NCBI GenBank assembly: GCA_947305585.1
Contig: CAMZDY010000001.1
Location: 17,599-81,598 of the forward strand
Reading direction: 5' to 3'
Length of the DNA: 64,000 nt
Source: an uncultured Verrucomicrobiota bacterium
GTDB taxonomy: Bacteria > Verrucomicrobiota > Kiritimatiellia > RFP12 > UBA1067
The notes beneath the pieces were generated by a model. That model ran no database searches, was not told the origin of the DNA, and saw only the letters and a list, made by a program, of their open reading frames with translations. Below are positions 48,099-57,779 of this stretch, piece after piece. Each line of letters opens with the position of its first letter. The stretch's first letter is position 1. Both the position numbers and the translations under genes were made by a program.

Positions 48099-48722
48099 TC
48101 AGATGAATCCGGCGGCCGCAAGAGCCGCTTCGGTGAGTCCGGACTCCGACTTGCGCGCCAGATACTTGCCGATCACGTCCCCCTCCAGATTCACCTTGTC
48201 GCCGATGCGCTTCCGTCCCAAGATTGTCTCCTGCAAGGTGGTAGGTATCACATCCACGCACAGATAGTCGTTGCCGATTTCGGTGATGGTGAGCGACACA
48301 CCATCGATGGCGATCGACCCTTTGACAACCGATTGCGCCGCCAGCACCCGTCCGCAACGCACTTTGAGTCTATAGTCGCGTCCCCGGGACGCTTTGTCCA
48401 CAATGGTCCCGCGGGAATCCACATGTCCCTGCACGAGGTGCCCGCCAATCGCATCGCCGGCGCGCAAAGCCCGCTCGAGGTTCACCTGCTCGCCAGGAAC
48501 GAGTTCCCCCAAACCGGTCCGTTCCTCCGTTTCCCGGAGCACGTCGGCCGTGAAGCGATCCGCAGAAAACCGCGCCACCGTGAGGCAAACTCCGTTTACG
48601 GCGATGGACTCGCCTTGCTCGAGCGGAACCGTCCAAGGCTCGAACGCGATCTCCAAGACGAGTCCCGCGCCCCGGCTAACGCGCTTGACGGTGCCGATCT
48701 TCTGGATTATACCCGTAAACAT
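48099..48722 (-). CDS. ribE: Riboflavin synthase alpha subunit
   Basis: MFTGIIQ start and duplicated lumazine-binding halves. Confidence 0.85.
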   Translation of the reverse strand: MFTGIIQKIGTVKRVSRGAGLVLEIAFEPWTVPLEQGESIAVNGVCLTVARFSADRFTADVLRETEERTGLGELVPGEQVNLERALRAGDAIGGHLVQGHVDSRGTIVDKASRGRDYRLKVRCGRVLAAQSVVKGSIAIDGVSLTITEIGNDYLCVDVIPTTLQETILGRKRIGDKVNLEGDVIGKYLARKSESGLTEAALAAAGFI

Positions 48723-49666
48723 ATATGCAGATCCTTCAATTTGCCCGCACCCAGCACGGCAGCATCGCGGATATGTCGTTCGCCGATCACTTTAGGGCAA
48801 AGTACGGTCAGCCACTCGTCCACCACGCCCAATTCCACGAGACTGGTGGCAAGGGTTGCGCCGCCCTCGCACAGAACATGGTTCATGCCCATCCGGCCAA
48901 GTTCCACCAACGCGGTATGGGGATTGTCGAAAACGAGCGTGCGGTTCTTGCCGTCCATGAAAATTTGGGCTTCTGCGGGCAGGCGACCCGACCGCGACAC
49001 CACCACCCGCACGAGGTCTGGATTGGGTTTGCCGTGCGACAACAGCGACGGATCGTCCTTGCGCACCGTACCCGCCCCCACCATGATGGCGTCCACCCGC
49101 TCGCGCAATTTCCCGGTGGCAATGCGAGACTCTTCGCTGCTGATCCACTTGCCGTCGCCCCAGTTGTCGGCTATCTTTCCGTCCAACGTCATCGCCAATT
49201 TGACCGTCACATAGGGAATGCCCGTCTTGACGCGCTTGGCGAACGGCCGGATCAACGCCTCCGCCTCCTCGCACGGCAGATGCTTGCAGGTTATGCCGTA
49301 TGCGGCCAAAGCGTCATGCGCCTTGTTGCGGTTCTTCGGATTAGGATCGGTGCAAAGATACGTCACGTGCTTGATTCCGGCCAAGATGATGGCGTCGGTG
49401 CAGGCCCCGACCTTGCCCGGCTTGGAGCACGGCTCCAAAGTGACCAGCAAAGTGTCCGGCTTGGATTTCGGATTGCGCCGTTTCCAATCTTCGATCGCCT
49501 CTACCTCGGCATGGTTTTCGCCGGCCTTGCGGTGATATCCCTCGCCTATGCACTTGCCCCGGGCGGTGAACAGCATGGCCCCCACCGGCGGATTGGGACG
49601 CGTATGTCCCTCGCCCAGACGCGCCAGCTCAAGCGCGCGATTTAGCGTATCGGTCGAGAATTCCAT
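48707..49666 (-). CDS. ribD: Bifunctional riboflavin biosynthesis deaminase/reductase RibD
   Basis: CMP/dCMP deaminase zinc motif (HAEVEA...PCSKPGKVGAC) plus a RibD C-terminal reductase domain. Confidence 0.85.
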   Translation of the reverse strand: MEFSTDTLNRALELARLGEGHTRPNPPVGAMLFTARGKCIGEGYHRKAGENHAEVEAIEDWKRRNPKSKPDTLLVTLEPCSKPGKVGACTDAIILAGIKHVTYLCTDPNPKNRNKAHDALAAYGITCKHLPCEEAEALIRPFAKRVKTGIPYVTVKLAMTLDGKIADNWGDGKWISSEESRIATGKLRERVDAIMVGAGTVRKDDPSLLSHGKPNPDLVRVVVSRSGRLPAEAQIFMDGKNRTLVFDNPHTALVELGRMGMNHVLCEGGATLATSLVELGVVDEWLTVLCPKVIGERHIRDAAVLGAGKLKDLHICLRV

Positions 49667-50081
49667 TGATGAGCGCCCTCGATTTGGGGGACGAGAACCA
49701 GTTGGCAAGATCCACCGCCTCGTTGATCACGACCGGAGCCGGCACGTCGCTGTTCTTGATTTCCCACACGCCCATGCGCAGCACCGAACGCTCTACCGTC
49801 CCCAGCCGATGCAGTTCCCAATCGTCCAGAAGCGGCGCGATGAGCGCATCGAGTTCGTCCCGGGTCTTGAGCACCCCCGCCACGCGTTCTTCGGCGAACT
49901 CCTTGAGTTGGCGGACGGCGGCCTGGTTCCTAGAGAGAATACCGTCCGGATCGGAACCTGCAAGGAGCTCCCATTCGTCAGTGATGAACGCGTTGATGTT
50001 TTCCGGCGGATTGAGATCTGCCGCGACGATCATCTGGATCGCCCATTCGCGCGCTTGCCGTCTAGTCGGTTTTCCGTGCAT
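49629..50081 (-). CDS. nusB: Transcription antitermination factor NusB
   Basis: NusB fold; follows ribD as in many genomes. Confidence 0.8.
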   Translation of the reverse strand: MHGKPTRRQAREWAIQMIVAADLNPPENINAFITDEWELLAGSDPDGILSRNQAAVRQLKEFAEERVAGVLKTRDELDALIAPLLDDWELHRLGTVERSVLRMGVWEIKNSDVPAPVVINEAVDLANWFSSPKSRALINGILDRYAKSRA

Positions 50082-50082
50082 T

Positions 50083-53000
50083 TCATTTTCCTCCCAGTTT
50101 CAGCCAAACTCTCAAAAGTTCCGAATCGCTCCAGGCCTGCGCCGTGCAGCCCTTTTGCGCATGCGGCGCGTCGCCGTCGGCGTTTTCGCTCAAATGCCCC
50201 ACGCAGCCCTGATTGAGATTCTCCACTGCCGACGCCAAAAGCGACAGCGCCGCACGCTTGGCGCGCGGTTCGAGCTCGGCCATGGCCTCGGCGAACAGCG
50301 GAAACGGCCACGCCCAAACGGTGCCGTTGTGGTAGGCGGGCTTGCGCGAAGTGTCTTCGTCGCCCGCGTAAACGCCGCGATAGAGCGGATGACCGGCGTT
50401 GAGCGAACGCATGCCCCCAGGCACGATCAGCTCTTCGGTGGCCGCCAGGATCGAAGGATCCTTCACGATGCCGAGCGTCACCAGGAAAAGCTGGTTGGGT
50501 CGGATCGTGTCTTCCGGCGTGGCATCGCGCGCCCGTTCGCCATTGGGCGCGGCCAGACAATCGCGGTACCCCTGTTCGCACTTGAAATACTTCTCCAGCG
50601 ACGCCCGTGCCAGGTTGGCGAGATCGTGCAGTCCCGTGAAGTCGAGCGCGCTGATCCACAGCGCCTGGATCTCCACCGGATACCCCACTCGCGGAGTGCA
50701 GGCGGGGTAGTTGGTGTCCATCCACGTGAAGTGCGAAGGACTCCATACGAGACCCGAATCAGCATCCATACGGATGCCGTTGGGCGTGCCCGTGCGGTAT
50801 TTGTCCACGATCCGTTCGCACACGCGCTTCAGCTCCGCAACCTCCACGCCCAGGGCGTCTAGCTCCTTGACGCACTCGATGAACCACAACTGGGCGTCGG
50901 TGGTGTCGCGGTTGCCTGCCGTCTGGCCGTAAATGATGTTGGGGAGCGTGCCCTCCTCCTCGAAAGCGGCGAAGGCCTGCAATATCTTGACGCTGTCCTC
51001 GATCTTCCCGGCCGCGATCATGCCGCGCATGAAAATGAAAGTGTCGCGTCCCCAGTCCAGGAACCAGGGATAGCCGGCGATCACGGTCTTGAGGTCGTCG
51101 CGCTTGACAATGTAAAGTTCCAACGCCTCTTTCATGGCCGCACCGAGCGTAAACTGGTCCGGACGCTCCGGAAACGCCGGGAAGTTGATGAGTTCCGGCA
51201 AGGTCATCGGATTCATCACCCCCACGAGCGACATCGTCTCGCCCACCTTCAAGTCGGCGCTGATCCAGCCAGGACTGTACAAATCGCCGCTCGGTTCCTG
51301 TCCGCGCGCCGCCTCCTCGTCATGGCCCACGTTGTACGTCCACTGGGGTTCGTGATGATAAGCGCCGTTCTCCACGCTCAGCCGGAACACGTCGTCGTAG
51401 GGACGGAAGGAGAACCCGTCCTCCATGTGCACCGTGCGCCGGGGGAAGAGCTCTTCCAGCCCCGCATAGGCTTTGGTGGTGGAGTGGAAACTCCGCCATT
51501 CGATATCCGGACGAAACACGAGTCTCACCTGGTCGCCCACGTCCAGATGGCCGGCGTCGACGCGAGTAACCTTGATCCGGGCCGCATTGATGTCGGGCCC
51601 CAGCGCCACCTCGAACCGGAACGCCGCCTCCTTGCCCATGCCGCACGGCACCACGAAATCCCATCTGGCGGCACGTCCGGCGGGGTCGGCCAGAAACTTG
51701 GTCTGGCAGTGTTTGTCGAACTCGCGGGTGTAACCTTCGCGCTGCAGCCAGCAACGCGTGCGCGCCCAAAGGTTGATGCGGTCGCTCGGAACGTTGGGGT
51801 TGGGATTGGCGGCCAGAATGGCGTCGTACTGCGAACGGATCTCGCCCCAGCCCACACGTATCTGGGCGGACGCCCCCGCGCCGTTGGAAAGAATGGTCCG
51901 CGCATCCGGCGCCCGACGGATTTCGGCTCCGTCAAGCGAAAGTTTGGCCCGGGCGCGCGCCGGCGAAGGCGCAATGAGAAAGGCGGATTTGACGCGCGTC
52001 GACTTGCCCGGGGTGTAGACTATCATCGAAATCACCAGCTCCCGGCAACGCGTGCCGTTTCCGTGATAATGGGGCGCGTCGAAAACCGCGCGGTTGTTTT
52101 CGCTCCACTGCACGCGGATCGTCTTGCCGGTCGAAGGATCGATGATGCGCACCCGGAAGCGATACGGCGCGCTCACCTCCACCAGCTCTTCCTCCGGCAC
52201 CACTACCGTGCGGTTCACGTCGCGCGGGAACTCCCAGTGGAAGCGCGGCTTGCCCAAAGGCACGAGTGCGGATTCTTCTTTCACCGCCATCGGCAGCCCG
52301 GCCTCGAGGCACTTCACTTCGCCCGGCTTCAGCGCCACGCTCCCGCCTAGCGTAATTTCGTCTCCCGTCAAAATGTCTCGCGCCACCGGGTGGTTGAACT
52401 TGGATTCGTCCCACTGGATGCGGGCCGGGGCGCCGGTATCGAGATTGGCGAGAATCAGCACCTTGCCGCGCAGCACCGCCAAAGTATTGCCCTCGCCGCG
52501 CGTCACCACCTCCAGATGGCTCGCACCGGCAAAGGCCGGGTGAGTGTCCAGAATCCGGTTGAGCGTGGAGATGAGCTCCACCATATTGTCGCGCGCACCC
52601 CAATCGAGCCGGTTCTTGCCGTGCACGTCGATCTTCTCGCGGCAATACCACTCCACGCCATTGGCGATTCCCCACGCCCCCTGCCACGACAATAGCGCCG
52701 CCAGTTGCACACGAAGCCGCGCATACGTCTTGCCGCCCTTGGCCAGCCGGTCGTTGTCGTGCGTTTCGGCGAAATGGACGAGAGTGCCGTACTTCTCGCT
52801 CCGCGCGATCGCCTGCGGCAGGTACCATTCGAACTGGCCACGATCGTACGTCTGGAAAATCTCCGAGTACGCCCAGTCGAGATTCGCCTCCTTGAGGAGC
52901 GCGTCCGTCACCCCCAGGTCGCCGCCCAGCCCCTCGAGCATGAAAATCGTGTCCGGATATTCCTCGCGCACCCTCGCCACGATATATTCCCAGGTCTCGA

Positions 53001-53898
53001 GCGGAATCATGTAGCCGGCGTCGCACCTGAATCCGTCCACGCCGTTCCGGCACCAGAAGAGGAACACATCGGCCATGTAGGCGCGAAGCTCCGGATTCGA
53101 ATAGTCCAGCTCCACGAGATCCGACCACACCACGCCCCAGGCGCCGGGACTCACGAAGCGTCCGTCCTTGGCGCGATGGAACCAGTCTGGATGGTGCGTC
53201 TGCAGGGTGGAGGCCCAGCCGGTATGGTTGGCGGGCAGGTCCACGAAGAAAAGCCCCTTCCGCGCATGTACGGCATCCACCAGCTCCAGGAACTGGTCGA
53301 GCGGAGTGGCGTATTCGTCGAACTCGGCCATCGCCGGATCGACCGACAGGAAATCGAGCGCAGCGAACGGACATCCGTATTCGCCCATCACGGCGTAGGT
53401 GGTGGGCACAGGGAAAGGCGGAAGCGTCTGGATGATCCGGAAGCCCATCCGGTCCATGATTAGCGGCAGCCTCCTCACCACCTCCCGGAAAGAACCGAAC
53501 TGACGCGGGAAAATGGTGTAGATGGAATTGTTTTTCCGCGTTTCGCGCGGCTCCACCTTGATATGGAAATTGGTGCCGTCGGGCCATTCGGGCACGTTGG
53601 AGCCGTCCGGGAAGAAGCAAGCCTTGCCGGAAAAGATACCCACCTCGTTGAGCGGGATTTCCGCCTCGTAGGTGGTTTCGCCAGTCTGCGGCAGGGGGAT
53701 ATCGGTCCAGGCTTTCGCCAACGGCACCTCCCCGCGCTCGGTTTCGGCGATGATCTCCGCCCGGCGCACTTTGGCGTTGCCGATATTGCACCGGAAAGCC
53801 GCCCGGCCGTTGCGCGGATAATCGAGATGCAACGACACCTTTAGCGTGTCGCCCCGCCACTTGAGCAGAAAATCTCCGGGATCAGGATATTGCGTCAT
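50083..53898 (-). CDS. Glycogen-debranching-type fusion enzyme, 1271 aa: N-terminal GH13/GlgE-like alpha-amylase domain plus C-terminal amylo-alpha-1,6-glucosidase (GDE_C) domain
   Basis: GH13 catalytic region (GFRCDAGY) and GDE C-terminal motifs (GYPWFLDWGRDTFI). Confidence 0.7.
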   Translation of the reverse strand: MTQYPDPGDFLLKWRGDTLKVSLHLDYPRNGRAAFRCNIGNAKVRRAEIIAETERGEVPLAKAWTDIPLPQTGETTYEAEIPLNEVGIFSGKACFFPDGSNVPEWPDGTNFHIKVEPRETRKNNSIYTIFPRQFGSFREVVRRLPLIMDRMGFRIIQTLPPFPVPTTYAVMGEYGCPFAALDFLSVDPAMAEFDEYATPLDQFLELVDAVHARKGLFFVDLPANHTGWASTLQTHHPDWFHRAKDGRFVSPGAWGVVWSDLVELDYSNPELRAYMADVFLFWCRNGVDGFRCDAGYMIPLETWEYIVARVREEYPDTIFMLEGLGGDLGVTDALLKEANLDWAYSEIFQTYDRGQFEWYLPQAIARSEKYGTLVHFAETHDNDRLAKGGKTYARLRVQLAALLSWQGAWGIANGVEWYCREKIDVHGKNRLDWGARDNMVELISTLNRILDTHPAFAGASHLEVVTRGEGNTLAVLRGKVLILANLDTGAPARIQWDESKFNHPVARDILTGDEITLGGSVALKPGEVKCLEAGLPMAVKEESALVPLGKPRFHWEFPRDVNRTVVVPEEELVEVSAPYRFRVRIIDPSTGKTIRVQWSENNRAVFDAPHYHGNGTRCRELVISMIVYTPGKSTRVKSAFLIAPSPARARAKLSLDGAEIRRAPDARTILSNGAGASAQIRVGWGEIRSQYDAILAANPNPNVPSDRINLWARTRCWLQREGYTREFDKHCQTKFLADPAGRAARWDFVVPCGMGKEAAFRFEVALGPDINAARIKVTRVDAGHLDVGDQVRLVFRPDIEWRSFHSTTKAYAGLEELFPRRTVHMEDGFSFRPYDDVFRLSVENGAYHHEPQWTYNVGHDEEAARGQEPSGDLYSPGWISADLKVGETMSLVGVMNPMTLPELINFPAFPERPDQFTLGAAMKEALELYIVKRDDLKTVIAGYPWFLDWGRDTFIFMRGMIAAGKIEDSVKILQAFAAFEEEGTLPNIIYGQTAGNRDTTDAQLWFIECVKELDALGVEVAELKRVCERIVDKYRTGTPNGIRMDADSGLVWSPSHFTWMDTNYPACTPRVGYPVEIQALWISALDFTGLHDLANLARASLEKYFKCEQGYRDCLAAPNGERARDATPEDTIRPNQLFLVTLGIVKDPSILAATEELIVPGGMRSLNAGHPLYRGVYAGDEDTSRKPAYHNGTVWAWPFPLFAEAMAELEPRAKRAALSLLASAVENLNQGCVGHLSENADGDAPHAQKGCTAQAWSDSELLRVWLKLGGK

Positions 53899-54721
53899 GG
53901 ATAATCTCCAAGCCTTGCTTGAGCGAGTCCTCGCTGACGTGGCTCTTGGGTTCGAACACCACGTGCGGAACCGTTTTCATCATTGCAGAAAGCGCCTTGA
54001 AATCGACCTTGCCGCCACCCGGCGCGAAGTGGTCGTCGTTGAAATCTTTCACGTCGTTGAGGTGCATGCCGGCGAACTCCAGCTTGCTGTAGGGCGACTC
54101 GAGAAACGGCCCCACCCACTTGTTGCACTCCTGCACCCGCCAATGGCCCGTGTCGAACCAAGGCTTGATCCATTTGGAGAATTGCGCCAGCTCCGGCCAC
54201 TCTTCCGGCATCGGGAACCCTTCCAGATACGGCATGTTCTCGAGTCCCAAAGTCACCTGACTCTCCTCCAGTTTCTTCGCCAGTTCCTCCAGTTCCGGCA
54301 ATACCGTCTTGAGCATCTGGCGCCCATGCTTGCGCCGCGCCTTCACCCGGTCGCTCCAGGGGAAGAATCCGTACGAGAACACCCTCCCCGCGTGCAGCAC
54401 TACCGTATCCGCCCCCATCGTGCGCGCAAACTCCACGTTCCGCACGATGTGCAGCTTGGCGATCGCCCGGGCGTCGCGATTCAAACTGGCGAGCGTGTAG
54501 AGTTCCGGATGGCCCCCCGGCGCGGAAATCGGCACCGGGCAGAACGAATGGACGCTCCCGATCTTGATCCGCCCGGACAGGCGCAAATACTCGCGCGACT
54601 CCTCCTCCGTAGTGGAATACCCCAGCTCCAATTCGCCGAAGCCCAACTCCAGCGCCTTGTCGATCCGCGCCTCCACGCCAGTTTCGCGCTTGAACCAGTT
54701 GGTGGAAAGACTCAGCCGCAT
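53882..54721 (-). CDS. Sugar phosphate isomerase/epimerase (xylose-isomerase-like TIM barrel), 279 aa
   Basis: Start MRLSLSTNWF. The track's 471-aa extension was rejected. Confidence 0.6.
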   Translation of the reverse strand: MRLSLSTNWFKRETGVEARIDKALELGFGELELGYSTTEEESREYLRLSGRIKIGSVHSFCPVPISAPGGHPELYTLASLNRDARAIAKLHIVRNVEFARTMGADTVVLHAGRVFSYGFFPWSDRVKARRKHGRQMLKTVLPELEELAKKLEESQVTLGLENMPYLEGFPMPEEWPELAQFSKWIKPWFDTGHWRVQECNKWVGPFLESPYSKLEFAGMHLNDVKDFNDDHFAPGGGKVDFKALSAMMKTVPHVVFEPKSHVSEDSLKQGLEIIHDAIS

Positions 54722-55479
54722 ACCAACCTGTCCATCATTTGGGAGATTACCGCATCGTCGCCGATCATCCGTTCGCATTGCCGGTAAGCGGTCTCCACCG
54801 CCTCCACGTTCCGGAACGCCTGGAAATCCTCCAGCCTGCCGCGCACCATCCAGTTCCTCACTTCGCGCATGATCGCGCCGAAAAACGCCTTCTTCACTAT
54901 CGCCTCGTTTTCGGGCTCCTCCGCCTCCTTCAGTTCCTTCAGCATCCCCACGAGACCGTACACGTCCTTTTCCCGCACCATCCGCACTATCTCGTCCATC
55001 GTCTCCGGATCGAGGAAATCGCCCGACACCTCCAGTTCGACGCGCTGAGTCCTGGAAACGATCGTGGGCAGGATCGCGTCCGGCGCGTCCGTCAACAGCA
55101 GGAACATCGTCTTGGGCGTAGGCTCTTCGAGCGTCTTCAGGAACGCATTGGCCGCCTCTTCGCGCATCCGGTCCGCCCCGCAGACCACCCCCACCTTCCA
55201 GCCTCCGCCGAAACTCGTGGAATTCATCGGCTCCACCAGTTTCTCGCGCATGCTCTCCACCTTGATGATCCTCGACTTTCCTTCCGGCTCCAGCCATACC
55301 ACGTCGGGATGGGTGCGGTTCTCGATCTGCTCGCCGGCGAGGGGGAAAAGTTTCTTCAGGATGCGCTCCGCGAGTTCCGACGCGTTGCCGCGCACGTCTC
55401 CGACTATCAGATAGCCGTTCGCCGTCTGGCCGGCATCGATCGCCCGGGCGATCAGGCTATAGGCGCTATCGACTTCCAT
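54712..55479 (-). CDS. holB: DNA polymerase III delta-prime subunit, 255 aa
   Basis: AAA+ clamp-loader core. Follows tmk. Start MEVDSAY. Confidence 0.7.
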   Translation of the reverse strand: MEVDSAYSLIARAIDAGQTANGYLIVGDVRGNASELAERILKKLFPLAGEQIENRTHPDVVWLEPEGKSRIIKVESMREKLVEPMNSTSFGGGWKVGVVCGADRMREEAANAFLKTLEEPTPKTMFLLLTDAPDAILPTIVSRTQRVELEVSGDFLDPETMDEIVRMVREKDVYGLVGMLKELKEAEEPENEAIVKKAFFGAIMREVRNWMVRGRLEDFQAFRNVEAVETAYRQCERMIGDDAVISQMMDRLVCG

Positions 55480-56084
55480 ATCTCCCGTTCCACCTCTTCG
55501 ATCGTCCCGGACGCGTCCACTAGCTTGATCCGGCCCGGTTCTGCCCGCTGCATTTCGAGAAATCCCGCCTTGAGCCGGCGATGGAACATGTTCCCCGCCT
55601 GCTCGATCCGGTCGGCGTGCGTGGCGGTAGTCTCCTCGCGTAGCCGCATCCGCGCTTGGGCCGTCTCCTCCGGCAGATCCAAAAGCAAAGTCAAGTCCGG
55701 CTTCAGTCCCCCGCAGGCGAACGAGTTCATCAGTTCGATCGACTTGAGATCCATCCCCCTGCCGTAGCCCTGATAGGCTTTCGTCGAATCGCTGAAGCGA
55801 TCGCTCACCACCCATTTGCCCGCCTCCAAGGCCGGACGCACCACCTTTTCCACCAGCTGCGCCCGGGCCGCCAGAAACAGCAACAGTTCGCACTTGTCCA
55901 CCGGCGCCTCTTCCAGCTGATCCTTGATGAGCGTGCGGATGCGTTCGTTGAGCACGGTTCCGCCCGGTTCCCGGGTAAGGACCACCTCGATCCCCCGCGC
56001 CGCCAGTTTGGCCTTCAGCCGCTTGATCTGGGTGGACTTGCCGCACCCTTCGCCGCCTTCGAACGTAATGAACTTTCCGCGCAT
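55452..56084 (-). CDS. tmk: Thymidylate kinase (the C-terminal 210 aa of a longer continuous ORF)
   Basis: P-loop FEGGEGCGKST and the DR(F/Y) lid. Internal ATG at 56082-56084. Confidence 0.8.
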   Translation of the reverse strand: MRGKFITFEGGEGCGKSTQIKRLKAKLAARGIEVVLTREPGGTVLNERIRTLIKDQLEEAPVDKCELLLFLAARAQLVEKVVRPALEAGKWVVSDRFSDSTKAYQGYGRGMDLKSIELMNSFACGGLKPDLTLLLDLPEETAQARMRLREETTATHADRIEQAGNMFHRRLKAGFLEMQRAEPGRIKLVDASGTIEEVEREIWKSIAPIA

Positions 56085-56660
56085 CGTCTTCTCCGTTCCC
56101 GTGAATTCCGGCATCGTGGCGCAGCCCGGGTGGCCGATCCCCGAAAAATCGAACGCCTTGAAGATGGTCAAAGCCAGAATCTTCAGATCGAGCCCCATGC
56201 TTTGATGGTCCACATACCACCCGTCCAGATCGAACTTCCTCTCCCACGAAATCGCGTTGCGTCCGTTCACCTGCGCCCAACCCGTGATGCCGGGCCTGAC
56301 GAGATGGCGACGCCGCTCCTGCTCGCTGTAGCGCGGCAGATAGCGTTCCGGCAAAGGACGCGGTCCCACGAGACTCATCTTGCCCGAGAGCACGTGGAAC
56401 AGCTGCGGCAGTTCGTCGATCGACAGTTTGCGGATGATCCTGCCCGCCCGGGTGAGCCGCACCTCGTCCGGTCCCTCGCCCGTCTTCATCGTCCGCAATT
56501 TCCGGAAGGCGAAAACCTCGCCGTCCTTGCCCGCGCGCCGGTCCACGTAGAAAACCGGACGGCCCATCGTCACCAGCACCGCCACCATCCCCAAGAGCAA
56601 CACCGGCAGCCACACCGGCAGGAAAAGAAGCGTCAGGAAAATATCGAACGCACGCTTCAT
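56085..56660 (-). CDS. Bacterial sugar transferase (polyprenyl-phosphate glycosyl-1-phosphate transferase) domain, in frame with tmk and with no intervening stop
   Basis: One transmembrane helix plus the conserved sugar-transferase C-terminal domain (SLVGPRP...GITGWAQV). Confidence 0.65.
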
Positions 56661-57778
56661 TTCTTCGCCACCGCCTTAAGAGCGCCCTTGCCGAGCCGGA
56701 TATCCAGTTCTTCCCCGTCCGACACCTCGCCCGAATCCTTCACCACTTCGCCCCCGGCCTTGGACACGATCGCATAGCCCCGGTCCAATACTGCATACGG
56801 GGAGAGTAGCGCCAACCGGGTGGACACCTTCTCGAGCCGCCTTTCGATCCGTTCGCCGTACAGTTCCAACGCCGCGCCCAACCCGTCCGAAAGATGGTCG
56901 AGCCGCTGCGCGAACCACTCGCCCTTGGCCGTCACCGCATTGCGCAACGAAACCATGTACCGGTTAAGCCGGTCCTGCTCCTTCGCGTATTCCGGCACCG
57001 AAAGTTCGGCCGCGATCGAAGGCGTACCCGCTCTCAGGTCGGCCGCCAGCTCCGTCAAAGTGAAATCGCTTTCGTGTCCGATCGCGGCCACTACCGGAAT
57101 CGCGCTATTCGCAACCGCCCTCGTCAGCGCCTCGTCGTTGAAGCAAAAAAGGTCTTCGAAACTTCCGCCTCCGCGCGCCACCACGATCAGATCCGGCTTC
57201 CATTCCCGGTTGAAATACTCTAGCGCCTTCATCACGCTCGACGGCGCTTCGTCCCCCTGCACCACGCACGGGAAAAGCCGCAGCTGCAGATAGGGGAATC
57301 TCCGGTTGAAAACCCGCGCCATATCGTGGATCACCGCTCCCGCTTCGCTCGTGCAGATGCCGATCTTCTTGGGCAGATACGGCAATTTCCGCTTCCTCGC
57401 CCGGTCGAACAGCCCCTCCTTCTGCAGTTTATCCTTGAGCTCCAGATACTTCTGCATCAAATCGCCTTCGCCCACGAGCTTCATGCGCCGGACGACGAGC
57501 TGGTAGTTGCCGCGCGGCGCATACACCCCCACCGCCCCCCTCGCCTTGATCTTGGCGCCGTCCTTGAACAGCGCCCTCTGCGCGCAAGCCGACAGCGCCC
57601 CCGCGAACATCACCGCGCCGATCTGCGCGCCTTCGTCCTTGAGCGTGAAATAGGCATGGCCGGACGGATACACCTTCCAGCCGGAAATCTCCGCTTCCAC
57701 GTCCACGCTCGAAAATTCGCCCTCCAGCAGACCCTTGATCTTCCGCGTGAGTTCGCTTACGCTTAAGGGACCTTCCAT
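56657..57778 (-). CDS. xseA: Exodeoxyribonuclease VII large subunit
   Basis: N-terminal OB-fold plus the XseA catalytic core. Confidence 0.75.
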   Translation of the reverse strand: MEGPLSVSELTRKIKGLLEGEFSSVDVEAEISGWKVYPSGHAYFTLKDEGAQIGAVMFAGALSACAQRALFKDGAKIKARGAVGVYAPRGNYQLVVRRMKLVGEGDLMQKYLELKDKLQKEGLFDRARKRKLPYLPKKIGICTSEAGAVIHDMARVFNRRFPYLQLRLFPCVVQGDEAPSSVMKALEYFNREWKPDLIVVARGGGSFEDLFCFNDEALTRAVANSAIPVVAAIGHESDFTLTELAADLRAGTPSIAAELSVPEYAKEQDRLNRYMVSLRNAVTAKGEWFAQRLDHLSDGLGAALELYGERIERRLEKVSTRLALLSPYAVLDRGYAIVSKAGGEVVKDSGEVSDGEELDIRLGKGALKAVAKK

Positions 57779-57779
57779 C

